Source: an uncultured Planctomycetales bacterium
GTDB lineage: Bacteria > Omnitrophota > Gorgyraeia > Zapsychrales > Zapsychraceae
NCBI GenBank assembly: GCA_964535935.1
Contig: CAZHWM010000004.1
Location: 47,569 to 111,568 of the forward strand
Reading direction: 5' to 3'
Length of the DNA stretch: 64,000 nucleotides
The notes under the pieces are model-generated. The model was not told the DNA's origin and made no database searches. It worked only from the letters and a program-made list of their open reading frames with translations. Positions 1 to 10,921 of the stretch are shown here, one piece after another (position 1 is the stretch's first letter; each line of letters starts with the position of its first letter). A program made the position numbers and the translations under genes.

Positions 1-25
1 CATATAAAGGTATATAAAATAAACT

Positions 26-460
26 ATGGTAGAAAAAACTTATATGTTAAAAGAAAAGGATATCAACCCGAGTTGTTATCTGATTGATGCATCTGGGAAG
101 GTATTAGGTAAAGTGGCAGTTAAGGCAGCAGAGATTTTACGTGGGAAGCATAAACCTACGTATACCCCGCATGTTGCCTGTGGTGATATGGTAGTGATTA
201 TTAATGCAGAAAAGGTAAGAGTAACTGGTAAGAAGATGGAACAGAAAGAATATCAGAGATATTCTGGATTTCATGGTGGCCAGAAGGTTTTAAAATTAAA
301 AGAGCTTCTTGCCAAGTCTCCCGAACAGGTTTTGCGTTTGGCAGTGAATCGTATGATTCCCAGTGGTCCTCTTGGGAATAAAATAAGAAGACGACTTAAG
401 GTTTATGCTGGTGCTGAACATCCTCATCAGGCACAGAAACCCATTCTTTTGGAAGTATAG
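26..460 (+). CDS. rplM: 50S ribosomal protein L13
   Basis: 144 aa; conserved L13 N-terminal and C-terminal regions; followed by S9 as in the conserved rplM-rpsI operon. Confidence 0.9.
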   Translation: MVEKTYMLKEKDINPSCYLIDASGKVLGKVAVKAAEILRGKHKPTYTPHVACGDMVVIINAEKVRVTGKKMEQKEYQRYSGFHGGQKVLKLKELLAKSPEQVLRLAVNRMIPSGPLGNKIRRRLKVYAGAEHPHQAQKPILLEV

Positions 461-522
461 GGTTAGCAAATAGAAGAATAATGGTTTAATATAAATCTTT
501 AATTTTGGAGAGAGCAGGGGCT

Positions 523-918
523 ATGGTGGAAATAGTAAAATATGGAGCAACAGGTCGAAGAAAAAGTTCTGTAGCAAGAGTAAATATTACTCCGGGTACA
601 GGAAGAATAGTTGTTAATAAGCGACCGTTTGAGAAATATTTTCCAAGAGAGGTTGATAGGATTGTTATTTTAGAGCCTATGGCTATCACGAACACACTTA
701 ATAAATTTGATGTGGAGGCAAAGATTACAGGTGGTGGGATTACAGGTCAGGTAGGTGCCTTCAGGCTGGGGTTATCAAGGGCGTTGGCATTATGCGATCC
801 AGAGAATAAGGCAATATTGAGAAAGGCTGAGATGTTGAGGCGCGACCCAAGGATGAAAGAGAGGCAGAAGCCAGGTCAGAAAGGTGCAAGGAAGAAGTTT
901 CAGTGGGTTAAGCGTTAG
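523..918 (+). CDS. rpsI: 30S ribosomal protein S9
   Basis: YGTGRRK motif and basic C-terminus ending KR; the listed ORF begins at a TTG; the ATG at 523 is preceded by GGAGAGAG. Confidence 0.9.
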   Translation: MVEIVKYGATGRRKSSVARVNITPGTGRIVVNKRPFEKYFPREVDRIVILEPMAITNTLNKFDVEAKITGGGITGQVGAFRLGLSRALALCDPENKAILRKAEMLRRDPRMKERQKPGQKGARKKFQWVKR

Positions 919-1083
919 TTTACATTAGCAGCAACAGCAAGAGTTGTTTTGAACTGTATTTATTCAAATAAAATTTAGAACCGTGTTAAAATGCACGGAG
1001 ATAATGAAGTTAAATAACCTATCTCTGAGGGATGGCTGTTGTAAGCTACGGATATACCCATGGCTTTTACAGTCATAAAAAAG

Positions 1084-1112
1084 TTGACGAGATAGGTTTT
1101 TTATTTTAATAT
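1084..1112 (+). promoter_or_regulatory. sigma70-type promoter candidate for the arg operon (TTGACG, 17 nt, TAATAT)
   Basis: -35 TTGACG at 1084-1089, 17-nt spacer, -10 TAATAT at 1107-1112, about 145 bp upstream of argC. Confidence 0.4.
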
Positions 1113-1258
1113 ACTTATCATTTATATCGTCGGATCAAAAAAATAATAAAATTTTATTATAAGATATGATGGTTATATCTTTTAAGAATAACTACGTATG
1201 GTTTTTTGTAAATAATATACGATAGATTGGGCATAAAAAAATAGGAAAGGGTTTGATT

Positions 1259-2278
1259 ATGATAAGAGTAGGGATTGTAGGGGTAAGTGGCTATACAGGT
1301 ACTACTATATTGGAGCTATTATTGAGGCATCCAGATGTGCATATTTCTTATGTAAGCGCTAATGATGTTTCTGGTAGGTTGCAGGATATTTTACCTCAGT
1401 TAAAGTATGCTCCCAATCTTGAGGTTAAAAATTATGATGATGGTCCGGCAATAGAGTTATGCGATGTTGTTTTTTTGGCCGTTCCACATAGAGTGGCTAT
1501 GGGGATAGCGCCGAAATTGATTAGGGCAGGTAAACGTGTTATTGATTTAAGTGCAGATTATAGACTTGATAAGGCAATCGAATATAAAAAGTGGTATGGG
1601 GTAAAGCATATAGATCAGGCTAATCTCCGTAAAGCAGTTTATGGTCTGCCTGAATTGTATAGGATTAATATACGTGATGCAAAGCTAATTGCAAATCCTG
1701 GTTGTTATCCTACAGCAGCTATATTGGCATTGGCACCTATTGTATCTGTATATGGAGCAGATATTAGTTCGATTATTGTTGATGCGAAGACAGGGGTAAG
1801 TGGGGCTGGGAGAAAGGCTAATCTAAGTTTAATGTTTTGTGAGGTCAATGAAAATTGTAGGGCTTATAAAGTATTAAAACACCAGCATACCCCAGAGATT
1901 GATTTATATTTGTCAAAGATTTCGGCAAAACCCATTCATATAGATTTTGTGCCCCATTTATTGCCGATAAATCGGGGTATATTGGAGACGATTTATGTTA
2001 GACTGGATCAAAAAATTTCTTTTTCTTCTTTGGTGACTATTTACAAAAGGTTTTATAAGACTGAACATTTTGTCCGTATTTTCGATACAGGCACACAGCC
2101 AGAGTTAAAGAATGTAGTACGTAGTAATTATTGTGACATAGGATTAGAGATAGGAGATGATGGTCATATAGCAGTTATAACAAGCGCAATTGATAATTTG
2201 GTCAAAGGTGCAGCAGGACAGGCAGTACAGAATATGAATATTATGTATGGAGTTAAAGAAGAGACTGCATTAATATAA
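1259..2278 (+). CDS. argC: N-acetyl-gamma-glutamyl-phosphate reductase
   Basis: N-terminal GIVGVSGYTG Rossmann motif and catalytic Cys region (PGCYPT); first ATG at 1259 with AGGAAAGGG RBS; the listed ORF begins at TTG 1253. Confidence 0.9.
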   Translation: MIRVGIVGVSGYTGTTILELLLRHPDVHISYVSANDVSGRLQDILPQLKYAPNLEVKNYDDGPAIELCDVVFLAVPHRVAMGIAPKLIRAGKRVIDLSADYRLDKAIEYKKWYGVKHIDQANLRKAVYGLPELYRINIRDAKLIANPGCYPTAAILALAPIVSVYGADISSIIVDAKTGVSGAGRKANLSLMFCEVNENCRAYKVLKHQHTPEIDLYLSKISAKPIHIDFVPHLLPINRGILETIYVRLDQKISFSSLVTIYKRFYKTEHFVRIFDTGTQPELKNVVRSNYCDIGLEIGDDGHIAVITSAIDNLVKGAAGQAVQNMNIMYGVKEETALI

Positions 2279-2291
2279 GAGAAGGTGTATT

Positions 2292-3431
2292 ATGAACATA
2301 ATAAAAGGCGGAGTAACCAAACCACAAGGATTTAAGGCTAACGGACTTTGTTGTGGGATAAAGCGTTCTGGAAAGCCCGATCTGGGATTGATTTTTTCTG
2401 AAAAGGAAGCAGTTACGGTAGGGGTTTTTACCAGAAATTCTATTAAAGCTGCACCTCTTAAGGTAAGTCAACGACATTTAAGGGATAATAAGGCAAGGGC
2501 TATTATTGTTAATAGTGGTAATGCTAATTGTCTTACTGCTTGTGGTATTGATTATGCAGAGCGGACAGCTAAACTTATTGCAGAAAAACTTAATATAGGC
2601 GTAACAGATGTGGTTGTAGCATCCACAGGTATTATTGGGAAACCTTTGCCTTATAAGAAAATAGAGAACTCTGCATCAAGATTAGTTGAAGGGTTGAGGA
2701 CACGTAATGCAGATGAGTTCGCTAGGTCCATTCTCACTACAGATACAAGAACGAAACAGGTATGTGTCCGTCTTTCTGTCGGCGGTACTCATGTTACTAT
2801 TGGTGCTTGTGCAAAAGGGTCAGGTATGATTGCTCCTGATATGGCAACCATGTTGGCTTTTATTACCACTGATGTTGCAATTACTGCTAAAATGTTAAAA
2901 CTGGCTTTAAAAAAGGCAACAGAACGATCTTTTAATTGCATAAGTATTGATGGATGTATGAGTACAAATGATATGGTAGTAGTTATGGCTAATGGTTTAG
3001 CCTCTAATAGGTTGATTGGATGTGAGGGGCAAGATTTTGATTCGTTTTGCAAAGGATTGGAGTTTGTATGTCTGGAGCTTGCAAAAAAGATAGTTTTGGA
3101 TGGGGAAGGTGCCACCAAGTTTATAGAAATAAACGTGAATGGTGCCAAGACTTCTACTCAGGCAAAAAAGATTGCTATGGCTGTGGCTAATTCCAGTCTG
3201 GTTAAGACTGCTGCTTATGGCAGTAATCCTAATTGGGGGCGTGTGGCAGCAGCGGTAGGCTCATTAGGAATTTCTAATATTACTGAAGAGACAATGAAAA
3301 TAAATTTTTCTCCTTTCTCTAGAAAAAATATTACTATAAGTATTGCTCTATCTTTAGGAGATGGAGAGGCTACTGTTTATACCTCTGATTTAAGTAAGGA
3401 GTATATAGAGATAAATGGACGATATAATTAA
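2292..3431 (+). CDS. argJ: Bifunctional glutamate N-acetyltransferase/ornithine acetyltransferase
   Basis: 379 aa; ATML autoproteolytic cleavage site (…APDMATMLAFITTD…) typical of ArgJ. Confidence 0.9.
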   Translation: MNIIKGGVTKPQGFKANGLCCGIKRSGKPDLGLIFSEKEAVTVGVFTRNSIKAAPLKVSQRHLRDNKARAIIVNSGNANCLTACGIDYAERTAKLIAEKLNIGVTDVVVASTGIIGKPLPYKKIENSASRLVEGLRTRNADEFARSILTTDTRTKQVCVRLSVGGTHVTIGACAKGSGMIAPDMATMLAFITTDVAITAKMLKLALKKATERSFNCISIDGCMSTNDMVVVMANGLASNRLIGCEGQDFDSFCKGLEFVCLELAKKIVLDGEGATKFIEINVNGAKTSTQAKKIAMAVANSSLVKTAAYGSNPNWGRVAAAVGSLGISNITEETMKINFSPFSRKNITISIALSLGDGEATVYTSDLSKEYIEINGRYN

Positions 3432-4269
3432 AAAGGCTGCTGTTCTCATTGAGGCTATCCCTTATATACACGCATTTCGCAAAAAGATATTTGTGATAAA
3501 GTATGGGGGCAGTATATTAGATAATGATGGAATTAGAAAAAATGTTCTTGAGGATGTAGTTTTTTTAAGTTATGTAGGAATTCGTACAGTAGTAGTTCAT
3601 GGAGGAGGCCCACATATAAGTAGTCGTTTAAAAAAAGCAGGCTTGAAGTCGGAATTTCATCAGGGCATTCGTGTTACAGATGAAGCAACTCTTAGGATAG
3701 TAAGTGAGGAGCTTAGTAAACTTAATAGGAAACTTGTTAAGGAAATAACGGACTTGAAGGGAGATGTTACTGGTTTAGAGGGAGATGAGAATTTAATTCG
3801 TGTTAAGAAGCGTGAGGCATCTAAGGATTTAGGTTTTGTTGGCAGTATAACCTCTATTGATAAGAATGCCTTTGATGTTCATTTACGCCAAGGACTTATT
3901 ACTGTTGTTTCCCCTATGGGAATTACTGAAGATGGGCAACTTTATAACATTAATGCAGATGAGGTTGCCAGTGCTATAGCAATTGAGATGAAGGCAGAGA
4001 AATTGGTTTTACTGACTAATGTCGTAGGTGTTCTTCGTGAATCTGATAACTCAGAGTCTCTTATTTCTACTCTTACTGTGGATGAAATAGAGGATCTTAT
4101 AAAAATGAATGTTATTCAAGGAGGGATGATACCAAAGGTTAATGCATGTATTGAGGCTCTTGAAGGTGGTGTTAAGAAAACACATATTTTGGACGCAAGA
4201 ATACAGCATGCGCTTTTGCTTGAGTTTTTTACCAATCAGGGTATAGGTACCCAGATATTGAAGCAATAA
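3415..4269 (+). CDS. argB: Acetylglutamate kinase
   Basis: VIKYGGS amino-acid kinase motif; overlaps argJ by 17 nt. Confidence 0.9.
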   Translation: MDDIIKKAAVLIEAIPYIHAFRKKIFVIKYGGSILDNDGIRKNVLEDVVFLSYVGIRTVVVHGGGPHISSRLKKAGLKSEFHQGIRVTDEATLRIVSEELSKLNRKLVKEITDLKGDVTGLEGDENLIRVKKREASKDLGFVGSITSIDKNAFDVHLRQGLITVVSPMGITEDGQLYNINADEVASAIAIEMKAEKLVLLTNVVGVLRESDNSESLISTLTVDEIEDLIKMNVIQGGMIPKVNACIEALEGGVKKTHILDARIQHALLLEFFTNQGIGTQILKQ

Positions 4270-4346
4270 AGTATTATATAATATATAATACTTTATTATA
4301 CAAATAAATTTTGTAACTTTATAAAAAATATATAGTTATTATAATC

Positions 4347-5558
4347 ATGAAGAAACAGGACATTATTAGCAATTATGATAAATATATCCTATCAACATAT
4401 ACACGAACGCCTGCGATTTTTGTTAAAGGTAAGGGAATGACGCTTATAGATATATCAGGGAAGAAATATCTTGATTTTTTCCCTGGATGGGGTGTGAGTA
4501 ATGTAGGCCATTGCCATCCGAAGGTTATGAGTGCTGTGCGTGATCAGGTTTCTAAGCTAATTCACATACCTAACAATTTTTATCATCCAAATCAGGTAAA
4601 ACTAGCAAAAGAAATTATTCGCTGTTCATTTCCAGGCAAGGTTTTCTTTTGTAACAGTGGTGCAGAAGGGTGTGAGGCTGCTATTAAGTTTGCAAGGGCA
4701 TATGGTAATAAATGTCCTTCGTCGCAGGATAAGAGTAAGCTACGCTATAAGATAATAACAATGAAAGGGTCTTTTCATGGTAGAACGTTAGCTGCACTTG
4801 CTGCGACAGGGCAGGAGAAATATCAACAGGGGTTTCATCCATTGCCTGAGGGGTTTAAGGCAGTAGATTTTAATGATATCAATGCATTATCTTCTGCTGT
4901 TGATGATGAGACAGTTGCAGTAATGATGGAATTGGTGCAGGGAGAAGGCGGGGTTAATGTAGCTGATAAAGAATATGTCAGGGCTGTTAGGAAGTTGTGT
5001 GATGAGAAGCAAATTTTGCTAATTTTCGATGAGGTCCAGACAGGTATGGGGAGGACAGGTGAGATGTTTGCGTTTAAGCATTATGGGGTTACGCCTGATT
5101 TAATGGTATTGGCAAAGGCATTAGGAGGAGGTTTACCTATAGGGGCGTTGGTGGCAAAAGAAGAAATAGCTGATACCTTTAAACCTGGAATGCATGCCTC
5201 TACTTTTGGTGGGAGCCCATTGGTGTGTAAGGCAGCATTGGGTGTATTTAAGGCAATACATTCAGATAAGATGCTTCGTAATGCTAGAGAGATGGGTGTA
5301 TATATGATGGAACGGTTGCAAGAGTTAAAGAATATATTTGGTTGTATAATAGATGTGCGCGGGCTTGGTCTAATGATAGGGATAGAATTGGATAGAGATG
5401 GGGTACCAATAGTTGATGAGTGTTTTAAGAACGGTCTTATTATTAATTGTACGCAGGGCAATATTTTGCGGTTTATGCCTGCATTAAATGTAGGCAAGAA
5501 ACAGGCAAATAAGGCATTGTATATTTTAGAAAATGCCTTTAAAAAAATAATGGGGTAA
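4347..5558 (+). CDS. argD: Acetylornithine aminotransferase (class III PLP aminotransferase)
   Basis: 403 aa; class III aminotransferase motifs (DEVQTG…, PLP-lysine region); sits inside the arg operon. Confidence 0.85.
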   Translation: MKKQDIISNYDKYILSTYTRTPAIFVKGKGMTLIDISGKKYLDFFPGWGVSNVGHCHPKVMSAVRDQVSKLIHIPNNFYHPNQVKLAKEIIRCSFPGKVFFCNSGAEGCEAAIKFARAYGNKCPSSQDKSKLRYKIITMKGSFHGRTLAALAATGQEKYQQGFHPLPEGFKAVDFNDINALSSAVDDETVAVMMELVQGEGGVNVADKEYVRAVRKLCDEKQILLIFDEVQTGMGRTGEMFAFKHYGVTPDLMVLAKALGGGLPIGALVAKEEIADTFKPGMHASTFGGSPLVCKAALGVFKAIHSDKMLRNAREMGVYMMERLQELKNIFGCIIDVRGLGLMIGIELDRDGVPIVDECFKNGLIINCTQGNILRFMPALNVGKKQANKALYILENAFKKIMG

Positions 5559-5596
5559 AATACAATATTGTTTAATTTATATTTTAAGTATATAAA

Positions 5597-6517
5597 ATGA
5601 AAAGAGACTTGATAAGCCTTAAGAACCTTACAAGGCAAGAGATACTTGGTATTATAGAACTTACAGAATCTTTAAAGAATGGAGAATTAAAAGAGTGTGG
5701 CCAACTTAATGGGCAATCAGTAGCCCTTTTATTTCAAAAACCATCTAATCGGACCCGCGTCTCTTTTGAGGTCGGGATATGGCAGTTAGGAGGCAATTGT
5801 ATTTACTTGGGGCCTAAGGAGATACGACTTGGCGTAAGAGAGTCGGCAAAAGACGTTGCCAAGACATTAAGCAGATACCTTGACGCCATTGTGGCAAGGA
5901 CATATACTCATCAGGATGTTGTAAACTTGGCAGAGAATGCAGATATACCTATTATAAATGGTCTTTCAGATATGTTTCATCCGTGTCAGGCATTAACAGA
6001 TATTTTTTCAATAAAAGAGAAGTTTGGCAGGATAGATGGTATCAAGATAGCTTATGTGGGAGATGGTAATAATGTATGTCATTCATTAATGCTTGCATGT
6101 TCTAAGATAGGAATGGATATCAATATTGCTACACCTAAAGGATATGAACCAAAACAGGAAGTTGTAACACTTGCAAACGAATCTGCATCATTGACAGGTG
6201 CTAATATTACATTAACTAATAATCCAGAACAGGCAGTCGAAGGTGTAGATGTTGTATATGCAGATGTATGGGTGAGCATGGGGCAGGAGGCGGAAGAAGA
6301 AAAAAGATTGACAGATTTTGAGGGATTCCAGATTAATTCTAAACTTATAGAATTTGCAAATAAAAATTATATCTTTATGCACTGTCTGCCAGCACATCGA
6401 GGGCAAGAGGTTGCTGATGATATTATAGATGGCCAACATTCCATAGTCTTCGACCAGGCAGAGAACAGACTACATATGCAGAAGGCTATCCTTTTATTTT
6501 TATTAGGCAGAAATTAG
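5597..6517 (+). CDS. argF: Ornithine carbamoyltransferase
   Basis: SxRTR carbamoyl-phosphate motif (SNRTRVSFE) and HCLPAHRGQE. Confidence 0.9.
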   Translation: MKRDLISLKNLTRQEILGIIELTESLKNGELKECGQLNGQSVALLFQKPSNRTRVSFEVGIWQLGGNCIYLGPKEIRLGVRESAKDVAKTLSRYLDAIVARTYTHQDVVNLAENADIPIINGLSDMFHPCQALTDIFSIKEKFGRIDGIKIAYVGDGNNVCHSLMLACSKIGMDINIATPKGYEPKQEVVTLANESASLTGANITLTNNPEQAVEGVDVVYADVWVSMGQEAEEEKRLTDFEGFQINSKLIEFANKNYIFMHCLPAHRGQEVADDIIDGQHSIVFDQAENRLHMQKAILLFLLGRN

Positions 6518-6601
6518 TAGAAGTGTTTTAGTGCAATTTTAAATTAAGGTTGGGCTATTGAAAGATTTTTATAGATTTTATTTGGACTGAAAGGGATACA
6601 T

Positions 6602-7771
6602 ATGAAAAAGATTATTCTTGCTTATTCCGGGGGATTGGACACTTCATGTGCGATTAAATGGCTGAAAGATAAAGGCTATGATGTTGTTGCCTTTATTGCA
6701 GATGTTGGGCAACAAGATGATTTCAAAAAAATAGAAAAACGTGCACTTAAAACAGGTGCATCGAAAGTCTATGTTCTTGATCTTAAAAAAGAGTTTGTAG
6801 TAGATTATGTTTTCCCTGCATTAAGGGCGTCTGCAGTTTATGAGAAAAAGTATTTGCTTGCTACGGCTCTTTCTAGACCATTGATTGCCAAACATCAGGT
6901 CAAGATAGCTCGTAAAGAAAAGGCAAAGGCTATTGCACATGGATGTACAGGCAAGGGAAATGACCAAGTAAGATTTGAGGCAACAGTATCTCTTCTGGCC
7001 CCTAAACTTGAGCAGATAGCGCCTGTGCGCATATGGGAGTTTAATACACGAGAAGAAGAGATAGAGTATGCCAAAAAATATAATATCCCGGTTGATGTGA
7101 CCAAGAAAAGCCCTTATAGTATTGATAAGAATCTTTACGGTAGATCCATTGAATGTGGTGTGTTGGAAGATCCATGGCATGAACCGCCAGAGGAGATATA
7201 TCAGATGACAGTATCTCCTGAAGATGCGCCGGCCAAGCCGGCATATATCGAGATAGATTTTACTCATGGACTACCCAAATTAGTGAACGGTAAAAAATAC
7301 AGTCCGGTTGATTTGATATGTATGCTTAACAGAATAGGTGGACAGAATGGTGTGGGTCGTGTTGATATGGTTGAAAACAGATTAGTAGGGATAAAGTCTA
7401 GAGAGATTTATGAGAATCCTGCAGGGACCATATTGCATATTGCACATGAGGCATTAGAAGACCTTGTCCTTGATAGGGAAACACTTCATTATAAACAGGC
7501 ATTGTCTATGAAGTATGCTGAATTGGTTTATTATGGATTATGGGAAACACCGTTGAGGTGCCAATTGGATGCATATTTTTCTGAAGTTCAAAAAGAGGTT
7601 ACAGGTACGGTTAGGCTAAAACTTTATAAAGGCAACTGTATAGTAGTAGGCCGCAAATCTCCTTATTCAAGATATAAAGAAGAGATGGCTACATATGGGG
7701 ATAAAGATGCCTTTGATCATAAAATGGCAGAAGGCTTTATTCGGCTATGGACAATGCCATTTCAAAAATGA
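6602..7771 (+). CDS. argG: Argininosuccinate synthase
   Basis: AYSGGLDTS PP-loop motif; 389 aa. Confidence 0.9.
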   Translation: MKKIILAYSGGLDTSCAIKWLKDKGYDVVAFIADVGQQDDFKKIEKRALKTGASKVYVLDLKKEFVVDYVFPALRASAVYEKKYLLATALSRPLIAKHQVKIARKEKAKAIAHGCTGKGNDQVRFEATVSLLAPKLEQIAPVRIWEFNTREEEIEYAKKYNIPVDVTKKSPYSIDKNLYGRSIECGVLEDPWHEPPEEIYQMTVSPEDAPAKPAYIEIDFTHGLPKLVNGKKYSPVDLICMLNRIGGQNGVGRVDMVENRLVGIKSREIYENPAGTILHIAHEALEDLVLDRETLHYKQALSMKYAELVYYGLWETPLRCQLDAYFSEVQKEVTGTVRLKLYKGNCIVVGRKSPYSRYKEEMATYGDKDAFDHKMAEGFIRLWTMPFQK

Positions 7772-9165
7772 AAAAAGATAAAAATACAATTACAGCAAAA
7801 TTTTGGGGGAGCCGTTTTTCAAAAAAAACAGATAAACTAGCAGATAAGTTTAGTTTTAGTATCTCATATGATAGCAGACTAGGAGTATATGATTGTCTTG
7901 TAGGTATTGCCCACGCAAAGATGTTAGGGCAATGTAAGATAATAGGTAAAAAAGACAGTCAGGCTATCGTATCAGGACTAAGGCATATCCTTCAGCAGAT
8001 AAAAAAAGGCGAATTTGTATTTGATCCAACAGCAGAAGATGTTCATACCAGTATTCAATCCGCACTTAAGCAGCTTATTGGCCCTGCCGCAGACAGGCTA
8101 CATACTGCACGTTCCAGAAATGATCTTATAGTTTCTGACATGAAACTATATTGCAGGGATGAGGTCTCCTGTATAGTTGAGGCGGTTAAAAAATTGCAGG
8201 TTTCCATTGTAAGATTTGCCGAAAAAAATCAAGATGTAATTATACCTGCATATACTCATCTACAATCAGCTCAGGTGGTGTTGTTATCTCATCATATGTT
8301 GGCTTATGTAGAGATGTTTCAACGCGATAGGGAGCGGCTTTTGGATGCCTTTAAGCGTATGGATACAATGCCGTTGGGGAGCTGTGCATTATCAGGCACA
8401 TCCCTTCCCATTGACAGGGGCTCTGTTGCAAAACAATTAGGGTTTGGATCACCAACACCTAATAGTATAGATTCGGTAAGCGACAGGGATTTTATTATTG
8501 AGTTGATATCAGCGTTGGCCATAATGCATATGCATTTTTCCCGTATAGCAGAAGATCTTATTTTATGGGCGACAAGTGAGTTTAATTTTATAGACATAGA
8601 TTTTTCAATGTGCACAGGCTCATCAATTATGCCTCATAAGAAAAACCCTGATATATTAGAGCTTATTAGAGGAGAGACTGCGGGTGCATACAGCAGGCTT
8701 AATGAGATACTTGTCCTTATGAAAGGCTTGCCATTCACATATAATCGTGACATGCAGTTGGACAAACCGCCTCTTTTTTTGTCAATCGATAAGGCAAAAG
8801 ATATACTTGAATTGTTTGCAAGGCTGTTTTCTGGACTTAAGGTAAAAGAAGAAATTTTATCTAATTGCACAAATAACGAGTCGTTCTTTTCTGTTGATAT
8901 TATGGAATACTTGATAAAGAAAGGTGTTGCATATCGACAAGCACATGACATAGTGGGGTCTATGATAAGAGAATGCCTTGATAAAGGACGTAAAATATCA
9001 TCCCTTACAAAAGAAGAATTAAAGAGATTCTCACCTGAATTTGATGAGGATGTAAAACAACTTCTAAATCCTCAAACCTCTGTTAAGATTAAAGCCTCCT
9101 TTGGTTCAACAAATCCGGGAATGGTTAAAAAACAGATTGAGGCATGGAAGAAGAGGTTAAAGTGA
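7747..9165 (+). CDS. argH: Argininosuccinate lyase
   Basis: 472 aa fumarate lyase family with GSSIMPHKKNPD signature; overlaps argG by 25 nt. Confidence 0.9.
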   Translation: MDNAISKMKKDKNTITAKFWGSRFSKKTDKLADKFSFSISYDSRLGVYDCLVGIAHAKMLGQCKIIGKKDSQAIVSGLRHILQQIKKGEFVFDPTAEDVHTSIQSALKQLIGPAADRLHTARSRNDLIVSDMKLYCRDEVSCIVEAVKKLQVSIVRFAEKNQDVIIPAYTHLQSAQVVLLSHHMLAYVEMFQRDRERLLDAFKRMDTMPLGSCALSGTSLPIDRGSVAKQLGFGSPTPNSIDSVSDRDFIIELISALAIMHMHFSRIAEDLILWATSEFNFIDIDFSMCTGSSIMPHKKNPDILELIRGETAGAYSRLNEILVLMKGLPFTYNRDMQLDKPPLFLSIDKAKDILELFARLFSGLKVKEEILSNCTNNESFFSVDIMEYLIKKGVAYRQAHDIVGSMIRECLDKGRKISSLTKEELKRFSPEFDEDVKQLLNPQTSVKIKASFGSTNPGMVKKQIEAWKKRLK

Positions 9166-9628
9166 AGCTATATTTGTATAGGTATTTTGGAGATGAGTTA
9201 TGTTATAAAATTACTCCGTCCGTTTTATATAAATTTAGGCAAAAGATATATAAAATTTTCGAAGATATATTTCCTTGATACAGGTTTGTTGTGTCATTTT
9301 TGGGGATACGGTCTTCTAAAGAAATAGGTTTTCATGCATTAAGAGGCGATATATTTGAATCCTTGAAAGTAGGTTTTAATAAAAGAATAAAAAATTTTTA
9401 AAATGGTGTTTGTTTTTATAAGTGGAAAAATTTTAATAAAGACCAAAAATATTTTGGCTAAGAAATTAAAAAATCCTTTTTTGACGAGGAGGTTGTAATA
9501 TTTAATTAATTTGACCGGGCTTATCAGTTGTGATACATTGTACTTGAGGTATAAACTTCTATAAGAATGTAGAAGTAATGCATTATTTTTGAGGTTGCTC
9601 ACATAAAGAAAAAATAGGATGGAATTTA

Positions 9629-10921
9629 ATGGTAGTTGATAAAGACATGCATAAAGATAATTTTATATTCAAAAACAAAGAGTTGTATTGCGAAGGGGTT
9701 AGAGTTGCAGATATTGCCAAGGAAGTCGGAACGCCTTTTTATCTTTATAGTTATAAAGCATTAGTTGACCGTTTTAATGAGATTAAGTCAGCCTTTAAAG
9801 AGGTTTATCCTGTTATTTGTTTTTCTATGAAATCAAATAATAATATAGCTGTCTTAAAGGCATTGGTGGATAAAGGGGCAGGGTTGGATATAGTTTCAGG
9901 TGGGGAGCTTAAAAAGGCCTTGATGGCGGAGTGTCCTGCTGAAAGGATTGTATTTGCTTCTGTAGGAAAGACATCAGATGAGATAATCTCAGCAATTAAG
10001 GCTGGTATATTATTTTTTAACGTCGAATCCATAGCAGAGCTGGAAGAGATTAATATTTTGGCAGAGAGGTTGGGTAAGAAGGTTCAGGTAGTATTGCGTA
10101 TTAATCCGGATGTTGAGGCAGCTACTCATGATGCCATTAAAACAGGTACGCTTGAGAAGAAGTTTGGAATAGATTTGATGAATGCATATAAGATATTTAT
10201 GTCAAAAGATACATATCCTAGTCTTAAGTTAAGTGGGATACATATACATATAGGCTCACAGATTACATCTATACGTCCGTTTGTCTCTGCAATAAAAAAG
10301 ACGGTTGCATTTATAGATAGGCTTAAAAAAGATGGCATTTGTCTTGAATATTTTGATATAGGCGGTGGGTTTGGTATAAGGTATAAGGATGAAAAGCTAC
10401 AGCCTGTTAGCAAGTTTGCTGCGGCAATAATCCCATATCTTAAAAAGGCAGGCTTAAAGATAGTTATAGAACCTGGCAGATTTATAGCAGGGAATGCAGG
10501 GATTTTTGTAACGAGTGTTTTATATTTTAAAGACAATGGTGTTAAAAAGTTTTTTATTGTTGATGGTTCTATGAGTGAGCTTATCAGACCCTCGCTTTAC
10601 AGCGCGTATCATAAGATAATCCCTGTGAAAGAAACTACAGTAAAAAAGATAAAGGTTGATGTTGTTGGCCCTGTTTGTGAAAGTGGTGATTTCTTGGGAA
10701 AGGATAGATTATTGCCTGAGCTTGATAAAGGACAGCTGCTTGCTGTGATGAGTGCAGGAGCATATGGTTATGTAATGGCAAGCAATTATAATATGCGTCC
10801 GCGACCCGCTGAGGTCATGGTGAAAGGCAATCGGTTCGATATAGTAAGAAGGAGAGAATCTTTTAAAGATCTTATTAAAACAGAAAAAATACCGGAGTTT
10901 TTAAAAGATGAAAACAGTTAA
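9629..10921 (+). CDS. lysA: Diaminopimelate decarboxylase
   Basis: 430 aa Orn/DAP/Arg decarboxylase fold; GTPFYLY, PLP-lysine region, CESGD motif. Confidence 0.85.
   Translation: MVVDKDMHKDNFIFKNKELYCEGVRVADIAKEVGTPFYLYSYKALVDRFNEIKSAFKEVYPVICFSMKSNNNIAVLKALVDKGAGLDIVSGGELKKALMAECPAERIVFASVGKTSDEIISAIKAGILFFNVESIAELEEINILAERLGKKVQVVLRINPDVEAATHDAIKTGTLEKKFGIDLMNAYKIFMSKDTYPSLKLSGIHIHIGSQITSIRPFVSAIKKTVAFIDRLKKDGICLEYFDIGGGFGIRYKDEKLQPVSKFAAAIIPYLKKAGLKIVIEPGRFIAGNAGIFVTSVLYFKDNGVKKFFIVDGSMSELIRPSLYSAYHKIIPVKETTVKKIKVDVVGPVCESGDFLGKDRLLPELDKGQLLAVMSAGAYGYVMASNYNMRPRPAEVMVKGNRFDIVRRRESFKDLIKTEKIPEFLKDENS

Noticed and set aside
948-968. ARG-box-like palindrome TTGAACTGTATTTATTCAA downstream of rpsI
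   Set aside because: Half-site spacing (TTGAA-N9-TTCAA) does not fit the 18-bp TGAAT-N4-ATTCA ArgR/AhrC operator. It lies ~290 bp from argC, upstream of the better promoter candidate, and no argR gene is in the window.
5081-5638. 185-aa minus-strand ORF inside argD
   Set aside because: Entirely antisense to a clearly conserved aminotransferase gene. The same applies to the other listed internal antisense ORFs (for example 2789-3148, 6821-7267, 10126-10536, 15859-16443, 30265-30669).
9300-9420. Possible lysine riboswitch fragments (AAGAGGCGA…TTGAAAG) in the lysA leader
   Set aside because: Only partial resemblance. I could not locate the conserved GCCGAAG or loop motifs, or a consistent P1 helix. 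It is left as a hypothesis to test with Rfam instead of being called a feature.
9339-9602. 87-aa minus-strand ORF (K/F/I-rich) in the argH-lysA intergenic region
   Set aside because: Low-complexity translation of an AT-rich spacer with no RBS and no recognisable domain. Most likely non-coding leader DNA.
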